Positions 9,096-18,544 of a stretch of 23,612 nt of DNA are shown in pieces (position 1 is the stretch's first letter; the number at the start of each line of letters is the position of its first letter). Origin of the DNA: a bacterium. GTDB taxonomy: Bacteria; Muiribacteriota; UBA6191. The notes under the pieces are model-generated. The model did no database searches. It saw nothing but the letters and a program-made list of their open reading frames with translations, and was not told the origin of the DNA. The translations under genes were made by a program, and so were the position numbers. The DNA lies in the NCBI GenBank assembly GCA_036339875.1, contig JAYZAC010000119.1:1-23612 (forward strand), given 5' to 3'.

Positions 9096-10148
9096 ATGAA
9101 GTACAGCAATGTCTACGTGGGAGGGATGGGTTATGAAATTCCTCGCAATGTACTTAAGACGGAAGTGATGGAAAAACAACTTGCTCCAGTCTATGGGCAG
9201 TTAAACATCGGACCAGGCAAGTTGCAAATGATGACTGGCCTTAAGCAGCGACGCTTCTGGAACGATAATCTCAGACCATCAGAAGCTGCGACTAAAGCAG
9301 CCGTAAGGGCATTAGAACAGAGTCCAATCTCGATTGACCAAATCGGCGCATTAGTCAATTGTAGTGTTTGTCGTGATTACCTTGAACCAAGTACGGCAAC
9401 CATCATTGCGAAAAATTTGAATTTACGCCCTGAAACAATTTTGTTTGATGTTAGTAATGCTTGCTTGGGTTTTGCCACTGGTTTATCAGTTATTTCAAAT
9501 ATGATCGAATTAGGTCAAATCGAAGCGGGTATGGTTGTTTCTGCAGAGGCAGCTTCAGAAGTTGTAGAAAACACAATTAAAACCCTGGTGGAAAATCCTT
9601 CAGAGGACTTACTTTTAGCCTCCATTCCAAGTTTAACTCTAGGTTCGGGAAGCGTTGCATATATTCTGTGTAGAAAAGATATTGCTCCTCGCGGACTTCA
9701 ATTTGAAGGAGGCGTAACACTCAATGACAGTCAACAGAGTAATCTTTGTCTGTGGGGGCCGGATACAGGCTTTCCAAGTCAGACAAATCACACTATGGTG
9801 ACTGATGGTAAAACTCTACTGGACAAAGGAACTAATCTTGCTGCAAGAACATGGGAAAAGTTCAGTAAGCTAACAGGTCACACTAAATCGTCGATGGATG
9901 TCATATTCTCACATCAAGTAGGCATTCTTCATCGCAATGTAGTCTTTGAAGCACTAGAGCTTGACGTAAACAAAGACTTTACAACGTTTGAATACCTAGG
10001 TAATACCGGTTCGGTAGCCATGCCAATTACAATGGCCATAGGTATCGAAAAAGGGGCTTTTGAACCAGGGCAGAAAGCTATACTCATGGGGATTGGTAGC
10101 GGACTCGTATGCACGATGTACTCAGTCCTATGGGAAGCGGGAGCCTAG
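9096..10148 (+). CDS. oleA: OleA, thiolase/FabH-fold acyl-CoA condensing enzyme
   Basis: RDYLEPSTA (catalytic Glu region), DVSNACLGF (Cys), SHQVG (His), LGNTGS (Asn), LMGIGSGL; first gene of an oleABCD array. Confidence 0.92.
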   Translation: MKYSNVYVGGMGYEIPRNVLKTEVMEKQLAPVYGQLNIGPGKLQMMTGLKQRRFWNDNLRPSEAATKAAVRALEQSPISIDQIGALVNCSVCRDYLEPSTATIIAKNLNLRPETILFDVSNACLGFATGLSVISNMIELGQIEAGMVVSAEAASEVVENTIKTLVENPSEDLLLASIPSLTLGSGSVAYILCRKDIAPRGLQFEGGVTLNDSQQSNLCLWGPDTGFPSQTNHTMVTDGKTLLDKGTNLAARTWEKFSKLTGHTKSSMDVIFSHQVGILHRNVVFEALELDVNKDFTTFEYLGNTGSVAMPITMAIGIEKGAFEPGQKAILMGIGSGLVCTMYSVLWEAGA

Positions 10149-10153
10149 GTATT

Positions 10154-11062
10154 ATGGATTCTAATGATCGCTACAGTTGTATCGAGCCATATCGCGATCT
10201 ATATCCTTTTCAACCCAACCTTCTGGAGCTCACTGATGGTAACATTCACTACGTTGACGTAGGTCCTAAAAATGCGCCGACTATTCTTTTTGTGCACGGA
10301 AATCCCACTTGGTCTTTTTATTATAGAAACCTAATTCAAGCCTTGCGAACCGATTATCGTTGCGTTGCGATTGATCATTTAGGCTGTGGTCTTTCCGATA
10401 AGCCTCAGCGATACAATTATTGTCTTTCAAATCATATATATAATCTCCAAGCATTAGTCGATCACCTCAAAATAACTGAATATCATCTCGTTGTTCACGA
10501 CTGGGGAGGCATGATAGGTTTTGGATTAGCAACGGATGCGCCAGAGAAAGCTAAAAGCTTTTTCATATTAAATACCTGCGCCTTCAGATTACCGCATAAT
10601 AATAATTTTCCACTTCGAATAGCTGCCTGTAGAGTCCCTTTATTCGGTCGTGTGGCAACACGAATTTTCAACGGATTTAGCCGTGGAGCTAGTCTGATGG
10701 CAAGCGTTTCTCCCGAGAATACTCGACGAGAGAAAGATGCGCTCATGGCACCTTATAATAACTATCGTAATCGAGTTGCAGTACATCAATTTGTTAAAGA
10801 TATACCCTTGAAACAAAATCATCAAAGTTGGCAACGTTTGGTGGGTATTGAAAAAAAGTTAGAAATCTTTAAAAATCATCCTAAGCAGATTGTTTGGGGT
10901 AAGCAGGATTTCTGTTTTGATGATCACTTTTTAGCTGAGTGGAAACGATTTTTTCCTGACATTCCAACCCATGAAATCCAGAGCGCTGGACATTACGTGC
11001 TCGAAGATTCTCGTCAAGAAGTTATCGAAAAAGCGGTTCAATTTTTTCAAAATCAAACGTAG
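10154..11062 (+). CDS. oleB: OleB, haloalkane-dehalogenase-like alpha/beta hydrolase (beta-lactone decarboxylase)
   Basis: HGNPTWSFYYR, DHLGCGLSDKP, VHDWGG (Asp nucleophile), AGHYVLED. Start placed at ATG 10154, just after the oleA stop. Confidence 0.9.
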   Translation: MDSNDRYSCIEPYRDLYPFQPNLLELTDGNIHYVDVGPKNAPTILFVHGNPTWSFYYRNLIQALRTDYRCVAIDHLGCGLSDKPQRYNYCLSNHIYNLQALVDHLKITEYHLVVHDWGGMIGFGLATDAPEKAKSFFILNTCAFRLPHNNNFPLRIAACRVPLFGRVATRIFNGFSRGASLMASVSPENTRREKDALMAPYNNYRNRVAVHQFVKDIPLKQNHQSWQRLVGIEKKLEIFKNHPKQIVWGKQDFCFDDHFLAEWKRFFPDIPTHEIQSAGHYVLEDSRQEVIEKAVQFFQNQT

Positions 11063-11068
11063 GTGATT

Positions 11069-12775
11069 ATGAAAGCGGTCAAAGAACCTTTAATCAATAT
11101 TGCTCGATATCTACCAATTCGAGCAAAAGAATCGCCCAATGCAAAGGCTGTAATTTTACCAACAAACACGAGAACTGAAGGCCGACGAAATTATATCAGT
11201 CTTACTTTTCAGCAGCTTGAATGGGAGAGTAATCGACTAGCTATTGGACTTAACAAACTTGGATTAAAAAAAGGCTCGAAAGTACTACTTATGGTTCCAC
11301 CAGGGCTGGACTTCGTTGCTCTCAGCTTCGCATTATTTAAGCTTGGAGTCATCCCCGTATTAATTGATCCGGGAATGGGCAAACAAAATCTATTAAATTG
11401 TATTGAAGCAGTGAAACCTGAAGCAATGATTGCCATACCTAAAGCTCATATCGCAAGATTAATATTTAGGAAAAGATTTCAATCGGTAAAACTGCTTATT
11501 ACGGTTGGAACAAGATTGTGGGGTGGCTATAGTCTTTCAGAAATAAGATCACTGGCCGACAAGCTTCAACCTTCTCGTAAAAAAGAATTTGATTTTGTTC
11601 ATACAAAAGGTTCCGATACGGCAGCAATTGTATTCACAACTGGTAGTACGGGACCTCCAAAAGGAGTAGTTTATTTCCATTCGCAAATGGAAGGCCAAGT
11701 AGAGAGTATAAAACAAGAATTTGATATTACTTCGGCAGATGTAGACTTTCCAATATTTCCACTTTTTGTACTTTTCTCCACAGCTTGGGGCATTCCGGCT
11801 GTTTTGCCAAATATGGATCCAACTAAGCCTTCTCAAGTAAAACCTCAACTTCTACTTGAAGGAATTGAGGATCATGGCGTCACGATGAGTATAGGCTCTC
11901 CAGCGGTATTCAAAGTGCTAGGCAATTACTGTGATAAAAATAAGGTTAAAATTGACAGTCTTCGTCGTATTCTAATGGTTGGAGCGCCAGTTCCCCCTGA
12001 ATTACACAGCACCTTCAAAAGGGTTTTGGCAGATAAAGCCGACACATTTACTCCCTATGGCGCAACTGAAGCTCTGCCAATTGCTAATATCTCTGGAAGC
12101 GAAGTTTTATCATCTACTGCACAAGATAGTCTTACAGGAAAAGGTACTTGCGTGGGGAGACCTTTCCCCGGTGTAACCATAAAAGTTATACCGATTCATG
12201 ATAATATTTATGAAAATTTTTGCGATTCTATGGCCTTAGAACCTAACCAAATTGGTGAGGTTTGTGTAAACGGTCCGATGGTAACTGAGGAATACTATAA
12301 TCGCTCAGATGCCACAAGTTTAGCTAAGATGAAAAGTAACAAAGGCACATGGCATCGCATGGGGGATCTTGGTTATATTGATGATCAAGGTCGTCTATGG
12401 TTTTGTGGGCGTAAATCTCATCGTGTAACATCCTCAGAAGGAGTTTTCTTCCCTGTACCTATTGAATCTGTTTTCAACCAACACCAATTAATTAGACGTT
12501 CAGCACTTGTTGGAGTAGGTCCATATGGAAATCAGAAAATGATTCTTATCTTAGAACCAAATCTTAAAAACTTATTACGTGATAAAACTATGCAGAAAGA
12601 GGTAATACGAGAACTATTGGAACTCGCCAGTCCCTATGATTCTGCAAGTAAAGTCTCGAATTTTTTGTGGCACGAATGTCTACCCACCGATATTCGTCAT
12701 AATGCTAAGATATTTCGTGAAAAGCTTGCCCAATGGGCGGAGCAGCAAATAACCTCTGGGACAAGTTTATTATGA
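11069..12775 (+). CDS. oleC: OleC, AMP-dependent ligase (beta-lactone synthetase)
   Basis: LIDPGMG, FTTGSTGPPKG, TPYGATEALP, WHRMGDLG, WFCGRKSHRV, DIRHNAKI. Start is ATG 11069 or GTG 11063. Confidence 0.92.
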   Translation: MKAVKEPLINIARYLPIRAKESPNAKAVILPTNTRTEGRRNYISLTFQQLEWESNRLAIGLNKLGLKKGSKVLLMVPPGLDFVALSFALFKLGVIPVLIDPGMGKQNLLNCIEAVKPEAMIAIPKAHIARLIFRKRFQSVKLLITVGTRLWGGYSLSEIRSLADKLQPSRKKEFDFVHTKGSDTAAIVFTTGSTGPPKGVVYFHSQMEGQVESIKQEFDITSADVDFPIFPLFVLFSTAWGIPAVLPNMDPTKPSQVKPQLLLEGIEDHGVTMSIGSPAVFKVLGNYCDKNKVKIDSLRRILMVGAPVPPELHSTFKRVLADKADTFTPYGATEALPIANISGSEVLSSTAQDSLTGKGTCVGRPFPGVTIKVIPIHDNIYENFCDSMALEPNQIGEVCVNGPMVTEEYYNRSDATSLAKMKSNKGTWHRMGDLGYIDDQGRLWFCGRKSHRVTSSEGVFFPVPIESVFNQHQLIRRSALVGVGPYGNQKMILILEPNLKNLLRDKTMQKEVIRELLELASPYDSASKVSNFLWHECLPTDIRHNAKIFREKLAQWAEQQITSGTSLL

Positions 12776-13782
12776 TAAGAGCGTTAGTAACAGGTGGTGG
12801 TGGATTTTTGGGAAGCTCCATCGCTCGTCTTCTTGTTCAAAAAGGATGGAAAGTCTATGTACTGGGCCGCTCGGCATATCCTGAACTTGAGACACTCAAC
12901 ATAAAATGTTACAGAATAGATCTTTCTAGGGCGGACCAATTGCAAAAACAAGTAGAGCCGGTCGATGTAGTTTTCCATGTAGCTGCGAAAGCTGGAATAT
13001 GGGGTAACTATGCCAGCTACTATGAGGCTAACGTTATGGCTACTCGTCATACAATAAACTATTGCAAAATATTAAATATTCCATTGGTCTATACTTCATC
13101 ACCTAGTGTTATTTTTAATGGTAGTGATATGAATCGGGCCAATGAATCTGTTCCTTACCCAAATCATTACCATAGCTATTATCCTGAGACCAAAGCTATT
13201 GCTGAAAGAGAAGTCCTTCAAGCAGCAAAAAATGGACAATTAAAGGCTTGCTCACTAAGACCTCATCTTATATGGGGACCTGGGGATAACCACCTAATTC
13301 CACGCTTCTTGAAGAGAGGCAAAGCAGGTTCCATTGCTGTCGTGGGAAATGGCAATAACATGGTGGATACAGTATATGTAGAAGATGCTGCATTTGCTCA
13401 TTTACAAGCGGCTAAGAAACTTCTACATAATGACGAAATTTCAGGCGAAGCGTTTTTTATTTCACAAGATGAACCTATCCTACTATTTGATTGGATCAAT
13501 CGATTTTTAGAACAAGCTGGCATACCTCGTATTAGAAGAAAGGTACCGGCCAATCTAGCATACGCTATTGGTAGTACGATGGAATTTATGTACAAACTAT
13601 TCAAAATCGAGTCGGAGCCCCGTATGACAAGATTTCTAGCACTAGAGTTATCTACCGAACATACTTTTGACTTATCAAAAGCCCGTAATATGCTGGGCTA
13701 TCAACCTCAATATTCAATGGAAGAGGCTTTCAATAAAACCTTTGAAAGTGCGTATTTCCGGGAACTCGTTAAGCAAATTTAA
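12772..13782 (+). CDS. oleD: OleD, NAD(P)-dependent SDR / 3-beta-HSD-like 2-alkyl-3-oxoalkanoate reductase
   Basis: LVTGGGGFLG, FHVAAKAGIWG, YTSSPSV, YPETK (YxxxK), LRPHLIWGPGD; ATG 12772 overlaps the oleC stop (ATGA). Confidence 0.92.
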   Translation: MIRALVTGGGGFLGSSIARLLVQKGWKVYVLGRSAYPELETLNIKCYRIDLSRADQLQKQVEPVDVVFHVAAKAGIWGNYASYYEANVMATRHTINYCKILNIPLVYTSSPSVIFNGSDMNRANESVPYPNHYHSYYPETKAIAEREVLQAAKNGQLKACSLRPHLIWGPGDNHLIPRFLKRGKAGSIAVVGNGNNMVDTVYVEDAAFAHLQAAKKLLHNDEISGEAFFISQDEPILLFDWINRFLEQAGIPRIRRKVPANLAYAIGSTMEFMYKLFKIESEPRMTRFLALELSTEHTFDLSKARNMLGYQPQYSMEEAFNKTFESAYFRELVKQI

Positions 13783-13985
13783 TCTTTTTTATTATCGTCT
13801 TCTGATTTGTGCTCAGCAAATCTTGCATAGAATTTAGCGCGAGAATTTTCCAACGGTATCCCTTTTTCAATTTTATATTCGTAAAGTTCGCAGCCGGAGC
13901 ATCCAGATTCGCAGCAACGCCCGCTAGGCTGTGCAATCTTAAACTTTTTTCCATCAAGTTCGACTTCATAAAAATTTTTGGACAT
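13779..13985 (-). CDS. Small Cys-rich protein with an oxidoreductase-like N-terminal domain motif (PxxxCCxSGCxxC)
   Basis: QPSGRCCESGCSGCELY resembles the Oxidored-like motif. ATG start; its stop overlaps the oleD stop at TTAA 13779-13782. Confidence 0.65.
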   Translation of the reverse strand: MSKNFYEVELDGKKFKIAQPSGRCCESGCSGCELYEYKIEKGIPLENSRAKFYARFAEHKSEDDNKKD

Positions 13986-13990
13986 ACATT

Positions 13991-13999
13991 ATTTTATCA
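13991..13999 (-). promoter_or_regulatory. Extended -10 element TGATAAAAT, 5 nt upstream of the ATG at 13985
   Basis: Minus strand reads cTGaTAAAAT-aatgt-ATG, with no SD. Confidence 0.45.
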
Positions 14000-14042
14000 G
14001 ACGACTCTCAACCTTGGATACTAAAGCACCGATTGACGTACT

Positions 14043-14225
14043 ATGGAACCATGGATGGTAATACCTATTCTCTTTGCTCTGCCGCCTTTAACTGCGCTCT
14101 CTTTGATAGTTTATGCAATAAAATTAACGGATCAGCTCGAATTAGATAGACTTGAAAACTTGGAAAACAAAGATTGCAATGAATCTATCAGTTGGGTTGA
14201 TTCTGAGAGAACTGAAAAGGTGTAA
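14043..14225 (+). CDS. Small hypothetical single-pass membrane protein
   Basis: Hydrophobic N-terminus (WMVIPILFALPPLTALSLIVYAI) and an acidic tail; fills an otherwise empty gap; 3' end overlaps the convergent gene by 38 bp. Confidence 0.5.
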   Translation: MEPWMVIPILFALPPLTALSLIVYAIKLTDQLELDRLENLENKDCNESISWVDSERTEKV

Positions 14226-15531
14226 GACTGCGAATCCATTTGATGGACATAGGTATTTTATAATCTCCAAATACAAGTTCGTCAGCAGATGAATGACTTA
14301 CAGACCTGTTATTTGAATGCTTCATCTTCTGCACACTAAGCTTACCATTAACTCTTTTAATACAATAAGGGCCCCATCCATCAGGGTATAAAATATGAGT
14401 ACCGCTAGAATGTAAATCTTGAATTTCAACTCTTACCTTACCTTTTGAATCAATTTGATTTGGCAAAATAACACAGGTATCTTTTAGTGGCTGCATAATC
14501 TCAAGGGAGCCAAAACGATAATGCAATTGAGTCAAATCTTTATCTACTAAAAAATAAATTACACCATTTTCTAGACCGTTTAGGTGTAGGAGTTCAGCAG
14601 CTAGTCCAAATTGATCTATACGCATTAAAATTCGAGCAAGATGAAGTAGGTATTCTGATTGCTGACCGCCATATGCAATTGCTTTACAAGCATAAAAAGT
14701 ACTAGCAGGCATTAAATTAGACTGATATAAAGTTTTAGATAAATAATGATAAAAATCAGCCCCTAAATGGATGATATTACGATTGGCTAAACGCTCAGAA
14801 AACTCTAACAGAATTTTTTCGCGTTGTTCTTTCAAAACAAGATTTAAAAACTTTTTAAGTACCTCTTCGTTCACTATCCCACGTCTAACGGAACTATGCA
14901 GAAAGTCACAGGCCATAGATGATTTACCAAGATTAATCATAAGATCTGAGTAAAAAACTACTCCTTTAGAATGTCTTGGATTGAGACTTAATACTAATTT
15001 TACGCTTTCAAGTACGAAGAGAATTGGGCAGGCAGGTTCTTGCAATAATTCCTCCGCAAGTGGAAAGAAAATTTTAGAAATCATTTCATCGTCTTGTAAT
15101 GACTTTTGAATCTTACTCCATTCCAAATAATTACGTAGATTTACAAATAAATGACGCTTCTCATTCAAATCAAGCGCTGCGTAATCTTTTAGATAAACTT
15201 GCCATAGAATTTGACCGTTTTTGATGTAAGGGCTACTATCCTTAAAGAGATAATCGAAATTACGTTTACTGTAAGTAAAATGTCTCAAAAGCATTTGACT
15301 CAGTGGACCACCTATGCGACGCAGACAATTCTCGAGCTCGCTCGATTCTAAAAGCCAAAAATATTCTAACTTATTCTTTAATATCTGGTGCACAGCATCT
15401 TCACTATCTTGTGGGTTACTGATAGCTCTTAAATGATCTAGCAACGAGAATACCTGGCCAGAGGAAAGGTCTTTCATAATCTGACTCAGACGTACACGCT
15501 GCGTAGACTGTAGGGGTGGTAAAAAATGCAT
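14188..15531 (-). CDS. Hypothetical protein, largely helical, possibly TPR-like
   Basis: 447-aa ORF with AGGA 7 nt upstream. Helix-pair-like segments (VLSLNPRH..., YHYLSKTLY...ACKAIAY..., YLLHLARILMRIDQFGLAAELL). No family recognised. Confidence 0.6.
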   Translation of the reverse strand: MHFLPPLQSTQRVRLSQIMKDLSSGQVFSLLDHLRAISNPQDSEDAVHQILKNKLEYFWLLESSELENCLRRIGGPLSQMLLRHFTYSKRNFDYLFKDSSPYIKNGQILWQVYLKDYAALDLNEKRHLFVNLRNYLEWSKIQKSLQDDEMISKIFFPLAEELLQEPACPILFVLESVKLVLSLNPRHSKGVVFYSDLMINLGKSSMACDFLHSSVRRGIVNEEVLKKFLNLVLKEQREKILLEFSERLANRNIIHLGADFYHYLSKTLYQSNLMPASTFYACKAIAYGGQQSEYLLHLARILMRIDQFGLAAELLHLNGLENGVIYFLVDKDLTQLHYRFGSLEIMQPLKDTCVILPNQIDSKGKVRVEIQDLHSSGTHILYPDGWGPYCIKRVNGKLSVQKMKHSNNRSVSHSSADELVFGDYKIPMSIKWIRSLTPFQFSQNQPN

Positions 15532-15549
15532 AATTTAATCCTGTAAAAG

Positions 15550-15558
15550 ATTGTAACA
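15550..15558 (-). promoter_or_regulatory. Extended -10 element TGTTACAAT for the 447-aa gene
   Basis: Minus strand reads TGtTACAAT-cttttac-AGGA-ttaaatt-ATG. Confidence 0.45.
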
Positions 15559-15591
15559 CTAGCAGGGTTTTCGGAACATTTATTACTCACA

Positions 15592-15620
15592 TTGAGAGTA
15601 TCTGTGATACGTGCTAAATT
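15592..15620 (+). promoter_or_regulatory. Sigma70-like promoter TTGAGA-N17-TAAATT with extended TG
   Basis: TTGAGA 15592-15597, TG 15612-15613, TAAATT 15615-15620; GTG start 7 nt downstream. Confidence 0.5.
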
Positions 15621-15627
15621 ATGCGCC

Positions 15628-17391
15628 GTGAAACCCCTGATTTACTGCATTTTACTTAGTCACACTCTATTTAGCTGCTTATTTGCCTATCAAGAGCAAG
15701 ATCTCGAGACATTAGCTGATAAATTACAATTTGATGAAAAGCTAGATGAGGCGGATGAAAAAATTATCAATAAATTATGGCAAAAATATGTATCTGGTAA
15801 TCGTTTAACCCTCATTGAAGATGACACTGTTTACAAATACGAAAAATGGATGAATCGAGATGCTGACCTTATTGCATCACCGGTCGATTCTAAGTGGACA
15901 GCCTATGACCGGTTTGGAAAAAGAGGGTGGCAGTTCGTAATAGAGCATCAAGTCAAAAATGGTGCTATTTTCGAACTCGAAGATATTGATAATCCTACTA
16001 CGAAGCCTTTTTTTCAATGGGCACCAAAGACTCTCAAGATAGTATGGGAGACAGGACCTTCCATGCTAACTAACATTAATTTATATGATATGAATACTGA
16101 TTTATCTAAGACAGTAGTAAATTCTGCCTACAAAGATTTTGCTCCACATTTTACTCCTATGGAACAGTTTCTCTTGTTCTTATCAAATCGTGATCGAAAA
16201 TCTCGCAGCGATGAATCGTATGCTCTTTACGCTATCAATCTTGAAAATTTGTCGGAAATATTAAAACTGTCGGTGCAAAAACCATTTGCAAAACCAACCA
16301 ATGGAGATCCGATCATAAATTTTGACGACCGAAATAGCTTTGACATCCAACTAGTTGACGGACGGAAAATCAAATACAAACTAGATGAACTAGTCTCTAG
16401 TGCTAGAGAAAAAATCTATGAAGCAAACAAAAAACGTTTAGCAAAATTAGCACAAATAAATAAAAATCGAACATCAAAAATTAAACAAAAAAGTTTTGAA
16501 CTGACCCTAGATCAATTTGTTTTCAAAGAATCTAGCATCAAATTAGTAAAAGAATTAAATAACGTCGTTTTAAAGGATGTTTCTTCAAAATCGAAAGATA
16601 CAAAAATACTAATGTCCACAACACTGTCGCGTTTCAATGCTATACCGGGTCCGTTGATACTTCCAAGTGAGGATAAAATATTCTTTATAAAATTGAGTAA
16701 CGAAAATAAAGAAATATGGCAGTATGAAGGATATGGTAGAGAACCGAAGAGAGTATCTCCGAAAGGTGAGAACTGTTATGGTATGCAGGTCGACGATAAT
16801 AGCAACACATTAGTCTATCTACTTCAGCGTAGAAACCTTTATTATTTAATGGTTATTGACGATCAAACCTCAAATACTTTAAATCAGTACAAAATTAGTG
16901 AACCATCATTAAACCACGGAGAGGACCTAACTAAAATTCTCAACCGTAACAAAGTTTATTTCAAAGACTCAGAGGGCAATTGGAAATCACCGGATATGGG
17001 AAGTTCAATTAAATCATCAAAGAGTAATTCTAAAAAAAATCTAGAACTTTCTTTTAGTGCGCCGCATCTGCCAAAAATTAGTACCTACATCAAGAAATCT
17101 GACAATAGATCCAACCGAGTCAAACCAATAAGTTCAAATCAGAACGCTTCTACAATATCTAGTCAAATCGAATCTCTAAGAAAATCTATTCAATGGATTT
17201 CCACTAATGAGGAACTTGAAATAGTAATGTCCGAATACAATCAAATACACAACAGAGTCACGCAAAAAATAAGAAACTTTAAGGATAGTAGTTCTTTTTC
17301 GCAGAAAAGACTAAAGATTCGTTGGATTGAATCTCTAAATGGAATAAGAGCACTTTTGGATAATACGAAATTACTGCTAGAAGTTGAGTAA
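15628..17391 (+). CDS. Exported hypothetical protein with TolB/PD40-like beta-propeller segments
   Basis: Signal-peptide-like N-terminus (MKPLIYCILLSHTLFSCLFA). DFAPHFTPMEQFLLFLSNRD...YALY and KIFFIKLSNENKEIWQY...PKRVS resemble PD40 repeats. Start placed at GTG 15628. Confidence 0.6.
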   Translation: MKPLIYCILLSHTLFSCLFAYQEQDLETLADKLQFDEKLDEADEKIINKLWQKYVSGNRLTLIEDDTVYKYEKWMNRDADLIASPVDSKWTAYDRFGKRGWQFVIEHQVKNGAIFELEDIDNPTTKPFFQWAPKTLKIVWETGPSMLTNINLYDMNTDLSKTVVNSAYKDFAPHFTPMEQFLLFLSNRDRKSRSDESYALYAINLENLSEILKLSVQKPFAKPTNGDPIINFDDRNSFDIQLVDGRKIKYKLDELVSSAREKIYEANKKRLAKLAQINKNRTSKIKQKSFELTLDQFVFKESSIKLVKELNNVVLKDVSSKSKDTKILMSTTLSRFNAIPGPLILPSEDKIFFIKLSNENKEIWQYEGYGREPKRVSPKGENCYGMQVDDNSNTLVYLLQRRNLYYLMVIDDQTSNTLNQYKISEPSLNHGEDLTKILNRNKVYFKDSEGNWKSPDMGSSIKSSKSNSKKNLELSFSAPHLPKISTYIKKSDNRSNRVKPISSNQNASTISSQIESLRKSIQWISTNEELEIVMSEYNQIHNRVTQKIRNFKDSSSFSQKRLKIRWIESLNGIRALLDNTKLLLEVE

Positions 17392-17401
17392 GGAATCAAG
17401 T

Positions 17402-18502
17402 ATGACTCTAAAAAAATTTCTTTATCTCGGAATTACGTTTTTAATTATCGTTTCTCTAAAATTATTTGGCCAAGCATATGCCCAGTCACCTTCAGATTAC
17501 AAAAAGTATGCGGAAATACTATTGATAAATCAGGGTATTGAACCTGCTAAACATAGCGTCTTAATTTCCAACTGCTCTTATATTTTGAATAACTTCATTA
17601 AATTGAAGGAAATTTCCAAGCTCGAAAAAATGACTAAACCAGAAATTCAAAAGTTTCTATTTACTAATAACTTTTGGGCTCAAAAGCTCCATAGAGAAAT
17701 AATTATTCCATATTCAGATGTTGAGTTTCGGCTGTTTATCTCAAATCTTCAGCTAGAGTTGAATGGCTTCGTAAAGTACTTAAACACATTAAATTCTAGC
17801 TCCTCTGAATTTGAGCTTAAAATCTTTGGTTCAATGGCAAAAGCACGATTTGGTATGAATAGTAGTTTGGATATTCTAATTCACTCAAGCGATAAGGAGT
17901 TTCTATCAAAACTCGATAATGGAATCTACTCTGAAAATAATCCTAAATTTAGAGGTAACATAAATCTGATCACATCGAATAACGAGTCTTATTTTCTACT
18001 TGATCCCTATCATACTGTCACTACAGGTGAATTAAGTAATCTAGCTAAAATTTATCAAGACATTCTTGAATCGAATAATTTAAAAGTTAAACAGAATACT
18101 AAAAGTTTTAACATTGCGTTTACGAGTTTACCCCCTAAGCTTAATTTAGAATTTAACGCAATAGAGGATAGAATGTTCTTCTTACTGGATAAATTAAAAA
18201 AACTTGAAAATACAATCGAAAATTCTACCGAAATTTTTGTTCCTAGCGACCATAATAATCAAACTAAAACAAGGCAATATTTTTTGGATCAAATGCATAA
18301 TATGAGTAGCAACTTAGAGAAAGTTAAGAATGATCTGAAATTGATAATCGAGCAAGTAAACAGCCCTCGTCACAAGAAAATAAAAACTATCATTGAACCA
18401 GCCTCCTACTCACGTTTAGAAGGATATCGAGGCAGACGAATGCTAGCTTTGATAGATGAGAAATTAATTCTTATCGAAAAAAAGTCCCAAGCACTGAAGT
18501 AG
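17402..18502 (+). CDS. Exported hypothetical protein with a degenerate Pol-beta-type (minimal) nucleotidyltransferase motif and helical C-terminus
   Basis: AAGGA upstream of ATG 17402; signal peptide ending AYA-Q; IFGSMAKARFGMNSSLDILI resembles the hFGS.A.G......SDhDhh motif. Confidence 0.6.
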   Translation: MTLKKFLYLGITFLIIVSLKLFGQAYAQSPSDYKKYAEILLINQGIEPAKHSVLISNCSYILNNFIKLKEISKLEKMTKPEIQKFLFTNNFWAQKLHREIIIPYSDVEFRLFISNLQLELNGFVKYLNTLNSSSSEFELKIFGSMAKARFGMNSSLDILIHSSDKEFLSKLDNGIYSENNPKFRGNINLITSNNESYFLLDPYHTVTTGELSNLAKIYQDILESNNLKVKQNTKSFNIAFTSLPPKLNLEFNAIEDRMFFLLDKLKKLENTIENSTEIFVPSDHNNQTKTRQYFLDQMHNMSSNLEKVKNDLKLIIEQVNSPRHKKIKTIIEPASYSRLEGYRGRRMLALIDEKLILIEKKSQALK

Positions 18503-18544
18503 ACATCAAGATTGGTAAATTGCACTGGGAGTGAAATTGTCAGT

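Noticed and set aside
9929..14024. Short ORFs overlapping oleABCD and the alternative frames 13769-13969 and 13809-14024
   Set aside because: Shadow ORFs. In the 13.8-14.0 kb gap only 13779-13985 has an ATG start together with a recognisable motif.
17402..18502. MNT-HEPN toxin-antitoxin or CBASS-type cyclase
   Set aside because: Catalytic aspartates appear lost, a signal peptide is present, and no HEPN or effector partner is evident nearby.
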